Below are positions 9,130-16,980 of a stretch of DNA of 36,126 nucleotides, piece after piece. The notes beneath the pieces are model-generated. The model had not been told where the DNA came from and did not search any database. It saw nothing but the letters and a program-made list of their open reading frames with translations. Within the stretch, counting starts at the first letter, position 1. Every line of letters starts with the position of its first letter. The position numbers and the translations under genes were made by a program. The DNA is from a bacterium (GTDB lineage: Bacteria > Patescibacteriota > Minisyncoccia > Phycocordibacterales > UBA5272). The stretch is from contig JAYSXQ010000040.1 in the NCBI GenBank assembly GCA_043717115.1, positions 1 to 36,126 of the forward strand. The letters run 5' to 3'.

Positions 9130-11070
9130 TTAAAGTCTAAAAAGAAACTCTGGATTAACTTGCAAGTTATATGTATTGAGGTTTAGTCTACACATGTCAC
9201 GCAGAACATTATCAGTTTCCCAAGTTTTTGAGTCTACAAATGCTATGGTCCTATATATTTTCTGTATACGTATAGTATAGTGTGTGTAATGCGTCAAAAA
9301 AGTCGGGGTTTTAATCTCAAACTCTGTATCGTATGTGATCACTGTAGTATATGGTGGTAAGTGCATTTGCTTTCTAGTACAAAGCTCATTTTCTAATGCT
9401 TCGCGTACAGACTTTTGGGTTATAAAGTCAAAAACTTTTTCTTTGTTTCTGGTCTGTAGTATGAGAGGGTACTTTATAGAATCCTTTATTTTCTCTTCCA
9501 GATTATGTATTATATAAAAAACATGTGCGTCCATGTTGTACTCTGGTATTGCAAATAGAGAATCTATACTTATAATTGCCATCAAGTCTATATCATTTGC
9601 TAATGGTAGCAACAACTCAGTTCCTATCAGAATGCTAGTTTTTTCTTTCGAAGACTCTAAAAACATATTGTATATTTTTATTGCTGATTTTTTAGTTTTA
9701 GCATGTTCTGTGTCTAATACAAAAACCGGAGTGTTTGGATACAGTTTTTGTATTTCATTTTTCAGCCCATTAGTACCTATACCTAGTGTCTCCATACGCC
9801 AGCTACCACACTTAACGCATAGCAATTCTTTTTCTTTATTTACAGTCTCATGAGTTTTACAATTTTGGCACACGTAGCTTCTTTCTTCTGTTCCATTTTT
9901 ATTTACAATATAAAGTACCAGCGGGCGTTCACAAGTTACACATTTTTTTATCTCACCACAGTCAGCGCAGACGCTAGTTGTGTGTGACCCTTTTCTTTGT
10001 GTATATAGTAATATTTTTCTACCTGTCTCTTCTTTATCTACTCCAGCCCCATCTTTTATTAGTCTCTGTATATTTTTATTTAACTCTCTAGATATGTATA
10101 TATTTTTCTCTTTTTTATCTTCAGTATTCATTTTTATTATGTTCACAGACACTTTTCTATCAATGTTTACTATTTCATCTCTCTTTCCATTAACTTTGTT
10201 TTTGACGACCTTATTCTCACTATCTGTAGACAATAGTTTTTTTATAGATAAGTATCTATTTACCGACGGCACACTGTCTACTATGGTTACAGAGATATTT
10301 AAATCTAAACAAAAACTACTAATTAGTGTATTCATGTTTATGTGAGTAAAATTATTATAATAGTAACGTGAAGAGTCATTATATAAAAATACTTGCCCAG
10401 TATTTTTGTCAGCTAAAAATATAACACTCGGAGTAGTGATTAGTAATTTTACAGTATCAGATGTTAGGCTTTCAGCAGAGACTATCTTTTTTTTAATAGT
10501 CTCTTCGCCGTGATACTTTATAGTAGGAACGAGATTTTTAAAATGCTTGTACATTTTCTCAACTTGCAAAACTGTAGGACATATAATGGTTACGCTAGCT
10601 CCAGAGTTTATATTTTCTGTTATATTTTTTTCTAGAAATTCTATTTGTTTTTTATTGTCTGTATATATAAAAGAGGCTTCATTTTTATCAGTTTTTTCAT
10701 TCAACCTCTCATTTAATTTTGATGGTGAAAATTGTAACTTATCTAAAAAAATGTTTGGTACTATGCTGTCTATTATATGCGCCAGACTCGCTCCCTGTAG
10801 ACCGGACTCATGTTCTAGTGTATACAGTACCGGTTTTGGTATACAGCTTGCTCTGAGTATCTTATTGATTTTCCTTATCGCGTAGTCACGTTTTTTGATT
10901 TCCTGTTTTAGTACACGCACATCGTCTATATGTATGACTATGCCCTCCAGCACTCTAGACTGTATCTGCACCTCTACTAGGTCACCCACAGTAATAGGTA
11001 GACTGGTATAGTAACTCAGCGTCTCTATATTTTTATGTACTCCTATTATTGATACTGTGGCTATTACCAT
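9130..11070 (-). CDS. priA: Primosomal protein N' (PriA) homolog with degenerate helicase motifs
   Basis: N-terminal 3'-DNA-binding-like region (LSYYTSLPITVGDLVEVQ...EGIV). Four CxxC pairs of the PriA zinc-binding insertion (CADCG..CVTC ... CQNC ... CVKCGS). GIGTNGL and ILIGTELL motifs. Conserved priA-def-fmt order. I cannot find a Walker A GxGKT, a DExH box or a GRAGR motif. Confidence 0.8.
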   Translation of the reverse strand: MVIATVSIIGVHKNIETLSYYTSLPITVGDLVEVQIQSRVLEGIVIHIDDVRVLKQEIKKRDYAIRKINKILRASCIPKPVLYTLEHESGLQGASLAHIIDSIVPNIFLDKLQFSPSKLNERLNEKTDKNEASFIYTDNKKQIEFLEKNITENINSGASVTIICPTVLQVEKMYKHFKNLVPTIKYHGEETIKKKIVSAESLTSDTVKLLITTPSVIFLADKNTGQVFLYNDSSRYYYNNFTHINMNTLISSFCLDLNISVTIVDSVPSVNRYLSIKKLLSTDSENKVVKNKVNGKRDEIVNIDRKVSVNIIKMNTEDKKEKNIYISRELNKNIQRLIKDGAGVDKEETGRKILLYTQRKGSHTTSVCADCGEIKKCVTCERPLVLYIVNKNGTEERSYVCQNCKTHETVNKEKELLCVKCGSWRMETLGIGTNGLKNEIQKLYPNTPVFVLDTEHAKTKKSAIKIYNMFLESSKEKTSILIGTELLLPLANDIDLMAIISIDSLFAIPEYNMDAHVFYIIHNLEEKIKDSIKYPLILQTRNKEKVFDFITQKSVREALENELCTRKQMHLPPYTTVITYDTEFEIKTPTFLTHYTHYTIRIQKIYRTIAFVDSKTWETDNVLRDMCRLNLNTYNLQVNPEFLFRL

Positions 11071-11170
11071 ATATCAAGTATACAAGCATTTGACAGATAA
11101 TGTAACTGTAGATTTTATTTTGTTTTTATTGTATAATCTATACAAATATATACAAAATGTATACAATAAT

Positions 11171-12043
11171 ATGAAAACAAGAGTGCTGCTATTTTATAAA
11201 TACGTGACTGTTGAAAACCCAAGTGTTGTTATGGAGCGGGAGAGATGCGTATGTAATGTGCTAGGACTAAAAGGGCGTATTATAGTTGCAAATGAAGGTA
11301 TAAACGGAACAGTGGAGGGTAGTCTGGAGGAAACAGAAAAATATATAGCGCACCTTAGAAGTGACAAGCGTTTTCGTGACATGTACATAAAAGAGTCAAT
11401 TGGCGATGGTAAAGCCTTTCCGAGATTGTCTATAAAAGTAAAACCAGAAATAGTTTCTACAAAGTTTTCGTCTGATATAGACCCACGTAAAAAAACTGGC
11501 AAATATTTACAGCCACATGATTTAAAAAGAATGTACCAGAACAATGATGATTTTATAGTGATAGATATGAGAAATGAGTTCGAGATTGCCAGTGGGTATT
11601 TTAAAAACACCGTGAATCCAGGACTGACTACTTCACGTGATCTTGCAAAAACAGATGTAATAGAAAAACTTAAAATACATCGTGATAAAAAAGTCGTCAC
11701 TGTATGTACCGGAGGAGTTAGATGTGAAAAAATGTCGGCTTTTTTAATTGATCAGGGATTTACAAATGTTCACCAGCTGCACAATGGTATGCATGGGTAT
11801 ATGGAAAAGTACCCAGGTGAGGACTTTTTGGGAACGCTGTATACATTTGATGATCGCAAGGTTATGGATTTTGGTGGTGATCGTACTGTTGTAGGCAGAT
11901 GCGGTACCTGCGGTACCGCATCTGAAAAATACGAAAATTGTGCTAACATGAAGTGTCACGATAATTTTATAACATGTAGTGCATGTATGGAAAAGTATGG
12001 GGGTGTGGCATACTGTAGTGATGTCTGCAAAGAGGGCTATTAG
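11171..12043 (+). CDS. trhO: Rhodanese-domain protein of the UPF0176/TrhO (YceA) family, a putative tRNA U34 hydroxylase
   Basis: LLFYKYVTVENP...GRIIVANEGINGTVEG N-terminal domain. Rhodanese active-site loop CTGGVRCEK. Cys-rich C-terminus. The track start at 11057 overlaps priA; the ATG at 11171 (MKTRVLLFYKY) fits the family N-terminus. Confidence 0.85.
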   Translation: MKTRVLLFYKYVTVENPSVVMERERCVCNVLGLKGRIIVANEGINGTVEGSLEETEKYIAHLRSDKRFRDMYIKESIGDGKAFPRLSIKVKPEIVSTKFSSDIDPRKKTGKYLQPHDLKRMYQNNDDFIVIDMRNEFEIASGYFKNTVNPGLTTSRDLAKTDVIEKLKIHRDKKVVTVCTGGVRCEKMSAFLIDQGFTNVHQLHNGMHGYMEKYPGEDFLGTLYTFDDRKVMDFGGDRTVVGRCGTCGTASEKYENCANMKCHDNFITCSACMEKYGGVAYCSDVCKEGY

Positions 12044-12050
12044 CTAATTT

Positions 12051-12068
12051 GATCCCGCTATGGTCCAC
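12051..12068 (+). repeat. 18-bp exact copy of the 3' end of tRNA-Ala (T-arm/acceptor segment)
   Basis: GATCCCGCTATGGTCCAC at 12051-12068 is identical to 13143-13160 inside the tRNA gene. Same orientation, 1092 bp apart. Confidence 0.9.
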
Positions 12069-12072
12069 AAAT

Positions 12073-12099
12073 AAAATAAAAATATTTGAATAGAAAAAT
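12073..12099 (+). repeat. 27-bp direct repeat, copy 1, immediately upstream of the VanY-like start codon
   Basis: AAAATAAAAATATTTGAATAGAAAAAT at 12073-12099 is identical to 12988-13014. Confidence 0.9.
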
Positions 12100-13008
12100 A
12101 TGCAATTAAAGTATTTAGAAAATAGAAAAAATAAAGTATTTTTTACAGTAATTATCCTACTGTTAATTCTATGCTCTTATTTTATTTACATAAGTACAGA
12201 ATACAAAAAACAAAATCAGCAATTTGTGATAGACAGAAATGATCTAAAAATAAAACTAGATGAACTAAATAAAAAGTATACAGAAATAGTAAATCAATTA
12301 GAAATAAGTCAAGCTGATAAAACAATGCTGACTCAGAGCTTTGATCAAGTTGGTAGTCAGTATAACAGTCTAATGCAAGAATACACAGTCAAATCTGTAG
12401 AGGTAGACAAGTTGCAAAAAACTGTACAGATAGATGATGAGTTGCTAAAAAAATATTCAAAATATTATTTTCTAAATGAAAACTACGTACCTGCATCTAC
12501 TACTTTAGTAGATATTAATTTAACTTTAAATAATAAAAATATACTAATTTTGAGCGAAGTAAAATCTAAACTTGAAAATATGATCAATGCTGCAAAAACA
12601 CAAAGTGTAAATATCATAGTGTATTCTGGGTACAGGTCATTCAAAGAGCAACTCTCACTCAAAAGTGCTTATACTCAAAAGTTCGGGCTATCAAAATCAA
12701 ATCAGTTTTCCGCAGATCAGGGATATAGCGAGCATCAACTCGGGACTGCGGTTGATGTTAGTGATGGAAAGACAGGACTATCTACAGGTTTTGAAAAAAC
12801 TGCAAGTTTTATATGGCTACAAGATAATGCTTACAAATACGGGTTTATACTATCATACCCCAAAAACAATTCTTATTATCAATATGAGCCATGGCACTAT
12901 AGATACGTAGGTGTAGAGCTGGCAACGTATCTCAAAACAAACGATTTAAATTTTTACGATTTAGATCAAAAAATAATAGATGCGTACAAAATAAAAATAT
13001 TTGAATAG
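12100..13008 (+). CDS. VanY-like D-alanyl-D-alanine carboxypeptidase (peptidase M15B), membrane-anchored
   Basis: N-terminal TM helix and coiled-coil-like linker. M15 zinc/catalytic motifs SGYRSFKEQ, SEHQLGTAVD and EPWHYRYVG. Confidence 0.88.
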   Translation: MQLKYLENRKNKVFFTVIILLLILCSYFIYISTEYKKQNQQFVIDRNDLKIKLDELNKKYTEIVNQLEISQADKTMLTQSFDQVGSQYNSLMQEYTVKSVEVDKLQKTVQIDDELLKKYSKYYFLNENYVPASTTLVDINLTLNNKNILILSEVKSKLENMINAAKTQSVNIIVYSGYRSFKEQLSLKSAYTQKFGLSKSNQFSADQGYSEHQLGTAVDVSDGKTGLSTGFEKTASFIWLQDNAYKYGFILSYPKNNSYYQYEPWHYRYVGVELATYLKTNDLNFYDLDQKIIDAYKIKIFE

Positions 13009-13014
13009 AAAAAT
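12988..13014 (+). repeat. 27-bp direct repeat, copy 2, covering the last 6 codons and stop of the VanY-like gene
   Basis: Identical to 12073-12099. Encodes ...KIKIFE-stop. Confidence 0.9.
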
Positions 13015-13015
13015 T

Positions 13016-13043
13016 AAAAACTTCACAATTGTGAAGTTTTTTT
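13016..13043 (+). terminator. Rho-independent terminator after the VanY-like gene
   Basis: AAAAACTTCAC-AATT-GTGAAGTTTTTTT: hairpin followed by a T-run. Confidence 0.7.
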
Positions 13044-13051
13044 GTTATACT
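13043..13051 (+). promoter_or_regulatory. Extended -10 TGTTATACT upstream of tRNA-Ala
   Basis: TG at 13043-13044 and TATACT at 13046-13051. This predicts a pre-tRNA leader of about 29 nt. Confidence 0.4.
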
Positions 13052-13086
13052 ACTAAAGTCTACGCAAAAAGACCAAAAGAAAAATA

Positions 13087-13162
13087 GGGCCATTAGCTCA
13101 TTTGGTAGAGCGCATCCATGGCATGGATGAGGTGAGCGGTTCGATCCCGCTATGGTCCACCA
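13087..13162 (+). tRNA. tRNA-Ala (anticodon GGC), CCA encoded
   Basis: Manual cloverleaf: acceptor GGGCCAT/ATGGTCC with the G3:U70 alanine identity pair, D stem GCTC/GAGC, anticodon stem CATCC/GGATG, loop AUGGCAU, T stem AGCGG/CCGCT with TTCGATC loop, discriminator A plus CCA. Length 76 nt. Confidence 0.93.
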
Positions 13163-13165
13163 GAG

Positions 13166-13209
13166 AACACGGATTAAAAATACCCAAAAAGATATTTTTA
13201 ATCCGTGTT
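13166..13209. terminator. 17-bp perfect inverted repeat (hairpin) directly after the tRNA
   Basis: AACACGGATTAAAAATA (13166-13182) and TATTTTTAATCCGTGTT (13193-13209) with a 10-nt loop. Likely a tRNA terminator; it also marks the left edge of the G+C-rich island. Confidence 0.6.
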
Positions 13210-13220
13210 GCATAATGTCG

Positions 13221-13229
13221 TGTTATAAT
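13221..13229 (+). promoter_or_regulatory. Extended -10 TGTTATAAT; predicted TSS at the ATG at 13236 (leaderless)
   Basis: TG at 13221-13222 and TATAAT at 13224-13229. The ATG lies 7 nt after the hexamer. Confidence 0.45.
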
Positions 13230-13235
13230 AAAAAT

Positions 13236-13757
13236 ATGAAAATATGGTTATTTCTTTTGGCAACACTTATGTTGCAGGAACTCTTTTCTTCCGCGGCAGT
13301 ATTGACACCTCTGTATGCTGCACATTACAGTACCTGGCTAATACATCTCACCTTCATTATCGCCACAATACTTGATATCTCCATAGGATACTATGTCGGT
13401 AGTTATATCAAGAGGAATGCTTCATCTAATCGCTTTGTTACCTTTATACAGAAAAAGGCTGCACGGTATCAGTTTCTTTCTAGACGGACTCCACGAAGAC
13501 GTCTAGCATTATTTGTATTCGGTCCTCCGCTATTCCCTATTACTGCATTCTTTGCACCACTTATCGGCTTCTCATTCTATGAAAGCTTCTCTATCCTTCT
13601 CCTCGGGGAAATCACGTTCTGGTATGGTCCCGAATGGCTCTTAATACTTGGAATGCACACGTTTTTAGGTAGTCATCTATGGATGATAAGTATCATACTG
13701 GTACTTATCTTTTGGGTATATCCTCTATTTAAGGACAGTTCTTTTTTTCGGAAGTAA
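13236..13757 (+). CDS. Small polytopic membrane protein of unknown family
   Basis: About 173 aa with 4-5 hydrophobic helices. The track ORF start at 13152 lies inside the tRNA, so I use the ATG at 13236 (MKIWLFLLATLML). Spot G+C is 27/60 (line 13441). Confidence 0.65.
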   Translation: MKIWLFLLATLMLQELFSSAAVLTPLYAAHYSTWLIHLTFIIATILDISIGYYVGSYIKRNASSNRFVTFIQKKAARYQFLSRRTPRRRLALFVFGPPLFPITAFFAPLIGFSFYESFSILLLGEITFWYGPEWLLILGMHTFLGSHLWMISIILVLIFWVYPLFKDSSFFRK

Positions 13758-14882
13758 TGGGTAGAATGTTTGTGCCCAGAAGCCAGATGGAAGTTCTTCA
13801 TTATCCAAACCATAGGTATCGGGCCATTTTTCTTTTGGGAAGTAGTAAGTGCTAAAGATTTTATCTATCCATGGAAAATGAATGGCAAAATTTTTATCGA
13901 TGGCATCTTTTTGTGAGGCGTGATGCCAATGATGGAAACGCGGTTGAACAATATATGGTTCCAACCATTTTATAGCCGGACGAAAATTACAATGTGCCCA
14001 AGTTGCATGTATGGTAACCCAAAATAGATATGCCACTATGATGCCATGGGGAAATATAAACATCATCGGGACCAACATGAATCCTCGTACTACTACGTCT
14101 TCTACAATGTGTGCACGTGAGCCTGCTATCCAATCAAGAGCCTTCGAAGAATGGTGAATGGCATGGAATTTCCACATAAATGGCACTGTATGAAATATTC
14201 GATGTACAAAATATTGACTGAGATCCGCTACAAAAATAGCAAGCAAGATTTGCACAAGCCAAGGTAGACTTCCTATCGCCGCCAGTACACTTGGTATCCC
14301 TAGATATGTTGAAAGCTGGGTTGCAGGCAGTAGGATAAGAAAAGAGGTAATTTGGATTGGTAAGTGTGTCGCTAAGAAGTAGCCAATATCTAGCAGCCAT
14401 TCTTTTCTAAAAACTTTCTGCTTTGGATATGCAGGCCAAAGAACTTCTATTGGAGAAAAAATTAGTGTCATAAGCAATATATCAAGCAAGAACCAATCTA
14501 GTCCAATAGATGGACCATTCTGAAGGTGTTCGTTGATTGGAACACTTGACCCACCGAGTATACTTGCTGCGAGAGTGAAGATCATTCCAGTGAGAGCTAG
14601 AACTTTCTTCTTGCGTAACATTGCGGAGATGACCCCAAACACTATTGAACCCAACATGACTATCTGGATCAATGGTCGAATGATGTCCATGTCATAGTAT
14701 TGTCGTAACTCAGGAGAAGTAAGAATTTGTGGAAAGTGGAGACATATCACCGCACCGAATGCGAGTATTCCGAAGAATGCTGATAATATTCCACTCCACC
14801 AACCTGATCCAAAATTAGTTGAATCATCATCTCCAAATACTTCATGAATTTTTTCTTCGAGCATATGAAAAAAGTATATCAT
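13725..14882 (-). CDS. Fatty acid hydroxylase / sterol desaturase family membrane protein (di-iron His-box enzyme)
   Basis: His boxes HRIFH, HAIHHSS and HHWHH in the C-terminal half. Multi-TM N-terminal half. Spot G+C is 28/60 (line 14101). The 3' end overlaps the convergent upstream gene by 33 bp. An alternative start lies at 14864. Confidence 0.8.
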   Translation of the reverse strand: MIYFFHMLEEKIHEVFGDDDSTNFGSGWWSGILSAFFGILAFGAVICLHFPQILTSPELRQYYDMDIIRPLIQIVMLGSIVFGVISAMLRKKKVLALTGMIFTLAASILGGSSVPINEHLQNGPSIGLDWFLLDILLMTLIFSPIEVLWPAYPKQKVFRKEWLLDIGYFLATHLPIQITSFLILLPATQLSTYLGIPSVLAAIGSLPWLVQILLAIFVADLSQYFVHRIFHTVPFMWKFHAIHHSSKALDWIAGSRAHIVEDVVVRGFMLVPMMFIFPHGIIVAYLFWVTIHATWAHCNFRPAIKWLEPYIVQPRFHHWHHASQKDAIDKNFAIHFPWIDKIFSTYYFPKEKWPDTYGLDNEELPSGFWAQTFYPLLPKKRTVLK

Positions 14883-14957
14883 GTATTAAAAAAATATGAA
14901 ATTAAGTACAGGATAAAATTGAATAGTTATTTATTCTTTAAATGAACACACTTAAAC

Positions 14958-14982
14958 AAAAAAACCACTCACAAGGAGTGGT
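14958..14982 (-). terminator. Rho-independent terminator of the desaturase gene
   Basis: Minus strand reads CCACTC-CTTGT-GAGTGG followed by TTTTTTT, 8 nt after the TAA at 14990-14992. Confidence 0.7.
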
Positions 14983-14989
14983 CTTGACT

Positions 14990-15847
14990 TTAGAAGCCAA
15001 GATTTTTGAGCGGCACATCCTCCGGGATTCTCATCCCGGTCTCGGTTGCCTTCACCAGCCCAATAGACTTCATCACCTTTACAGTCAGGAATCCGAAGTC
15101 GTATTCGGAATCGTTATGACTGAGGCGTAGCATGCCAGCGGCATGGTGGTGATTATTCTGCCAACATGCACTGAAGGTTGCGGTCACAGGAAGCCATTCC
15201 CCGACGTTTTCGGCCTTGTCATCATCGCCGGGATAGCGTCGATGTCCGAACCCAGGTGTGTGCGTCCAGTAGTTTTGGATCATGTTGACCCAGAGTGCGA
15301 AGACACGTATACCGATCCACATCACCAGTGCAAATGTTAAGCTACGCGCGACCAAGTACAAGAGCCAGAAGCTAAAGATCTGTGCCGGAATGGCATAGAA
15401 CATGCTATTAGCAACTCGGAATGTCCGAGATTGCAGAATCTTGTCGTTTGCCACGTTCTCTTTGCAAGGATATGGAAATAGGCACAGATAAAGTGTCTTC
15501 CAGAACCCGTCGCTTGCAAGCTTGTTCGGATCACCTTCGTGATCCGAGTATCGATGATGTAGTCGATGGCGGTTTACCCACTCGAGTCCATTTACGTAAA
15601 TCGCAAACGTATTGTTTACGACCGTGACCAGCTTGGCGAACCACTCCTTGAACTCGAGCGAACGATGGGCAATCCCTAGGTGCAGGACATCTGCCATATA
15701 AAGTCCGCCCATGAGCCAGATGAAGATGAAGTATGCGGCTCCGATAAGGAGCCCATTCCAAAGCCCCAACTCTGACGGCGCAAAAATTCCGCAGGCAAAG
15801 AAATAGGCAAGGATAATCGAGTAGCCGTACATGTTGTACGATTTCAT
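14990..15847 (-). CDS. Acyl-CoA/acyl-lipid Delta9-type fatty acid desaturase
   Basis: Three His boxes in canonical order: HLGIAH(RS), HRLHHRYSDHEGDP and WQNNHHH. Four hydrophobic spans. GGAGGT SD at 15857-15862. Spot G+C is 28/60 and 32/60 (lines 15541 and 15601). Confidence 0.85.
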   Translation of the reverse strand: MKSYNMYGYSIILAYFFACGIFAPSELGLWNGLLIGAAYFIFIWLMGGLYMADVLHLGIAHRSLEFKEWFAKLVTVVNNTFAIYVNGLEWVNRHRLHHRYSDHEGDPNKLASDGFWKTLYLCLFPYPCKENVANDKILQSRTFRVANSMFYAIPAQIFSFWLLYLVARSLTFALVMWIGIRVFALWVNMIQNYWTHTPGFGHRRYPGDDDKAENVGEWLPVTATFSACWQNNHHHAAGMLRLSHNDSEYDFGFLTVKVMKSIGLVKATETGMRIPEDVPLKNLGF

Positions 15848-16054
15848 AGTACTAATACCTCCAATGGTAATGTGTCAAAGGAAAAAACTCCAGAGCTTAG
15901 TATAACACAGGTTATCACTTTTGTCTATTTTTTATAGCATTATTGATTCTAAAATAGATATTCTAACTCCTTTACAATTTGGTTCAGAAAAACATTATCG
16001 AAGTCCACTGATATTGTAGTTGATAAATTATTAAAATAAGAATACTATATAAAT

Positions 16055-16741
16055 ATGAAAAACTCACAAAAAAGTTTTGCAAATATTGTTTTACTAGCGT
16101 TAGTAGTTATTCTCGCTGGAGCTATTGGATATTTCTTGTCAGTGACAATAAAGAATCCTCCAGCAGCCGTACCAGTAACACCTTTTTTATCAACAGATAA
16201 AAAGAGTATAAGTACTGATAGTAAAATCTTGTTAGTTATTGACAATGATACAATTTTTAATTGGTTTAAAACCAAAAGCCAGTTGTGTGACGGATATAAC
16301 TTAACCAGTAGTCCTGATCGTAAGATGTTTTGCGAAAACAAAACATCTTTTAAGAGCCAAACTAGATTTACTTCAATCGTTATTTCTCCCGATAAAATGA
16401 AAATTGGTTTTACTATAGAAAGTGATACATTATCTCCTGATAAAGTCGTCGGTGTTTTTTCACTCTCTACTAATTCAGTTAACTTGCTGGGTAGTTACTA
16501 TCTTGGAAACGAGTTTATTAGTTTTTCTCCAAATGGTATAAATTTTGTTTACAAAGGTGATTGCTTTGAGGGAATGTGTGGACTATATGTAAAAAATTCG
16601 GAAACACTTACCGATAAAACTAGTCTAAGTGATTCAGAGTTTGCTGATGCCAGAACCAGAACTGCTACTTTTGTAAAATGGTTATCGGATAATGAGATAG
16701 AGTATAAACTCGGCACAGAATTAAAACGAATATCATTTTAA
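16055..16741 (+). CDS. Membrane-anchored hypothetical protein (228 aa), possibly with PD40/TolB-like beta-strand repeats
   Basis: N-terminal TM anchor (IVLLALVVILAGAIGYFL). SPDK.../SPNG... repeat-like segments. A TACTAT -10-like box at 16043-16048 puts the TSS at the ATG. Function not recognised. Confidence 0.65.
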   Translation: MKNSQKSFANIVLLALVVILAGAIGYFLSVTIKNPPAAVPVTPFLSTDKKSISTDSKILLVIDNDTIFNWFKTKSQLCDGYNLTSSPDRKMFCENKTSFKSQTRFTSIVISPDKMKIGFTIESDTLSPDKVVGVFSLSTNSVNLLGSYYLGNEFISFSPNGINFVYKGDCFEGMCGLYVKNSETLTDKTSLSDSEFADARTRTATFVKWLSDNEIEYKLGTELKRISF

Positions 16742-16760
16742 TTCTAAATTTTAATCTTTA

Positions 16761-16779
16761 AAAATAAAACACACCCAAT
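16761..16779 (+). repeat. 19-nt direct repeat, copy 1 (left arm of the terminator hairpin)
   Basis: AAAATAAAACACACCCAAT at 16761-16779 is identical to 18227-18245. Confidence 0.9.
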
Positions 16780-16791
16780 GAAGGTGTGTTT
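16767..16791 (+). terminator. Hairpin terminator after the 16055-16741 gene
   Basis: AAACACACC-CAATGAA-GGTGTGTTT followed by an AT-rich tail. Confidence 0.6.
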
Positions 16792-16980
16792 ATATTTAAC
16801 TTTTGACTATTTTATGTTATTATATACATGTAGAAGGTGGGTTAAAAAATACCAATCAAAATGCTTATATTTTCAATATAGAACGAGTCGAGTGCGGAGT
16901 TAATGCTGTAGAATTGGTAAAGTTTGCGAAGGTTTATAAAAAAGATATTAAACACTTTATTAAAATAGTAACATAAATTT

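Noticed and set aside
12932-13213. 93-aa minus-strand ORF, and the 13152 start of the plus-strand 201-aa ORF
   Set aside because: Both run through the tRNA-Ala gene and its terminator hairpin. The plus-strand gene has a properly spaced promoter and an ATG at 13236, so the overlapping parts are spurious.
13725-13757. 33-bp convergent overlap of two gene 3' ends (also 31333-31352)
   Set aside because: Short convergent overlaps are common in compact genomes. There is no evidence of regulatory meaning from sequence alone.
15143-15761. Several 65-76-aa ORFs on both strands within the desaturase gene
   Set aside because: They are artefacts of the higher G+C content, which gives fewer random stops. 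The 285-aa frame carries all three His boxes.
16003-16008. Possible right-end att copy of the tRNA 3' end (GTCCAC within TCGAAGTCCACTGA)
   Set aside because: Only a 6-nt match plus a loose flanking resemblance, which is not distinguishable from chance. The island therefore has no demonstrable right-hand repeat.
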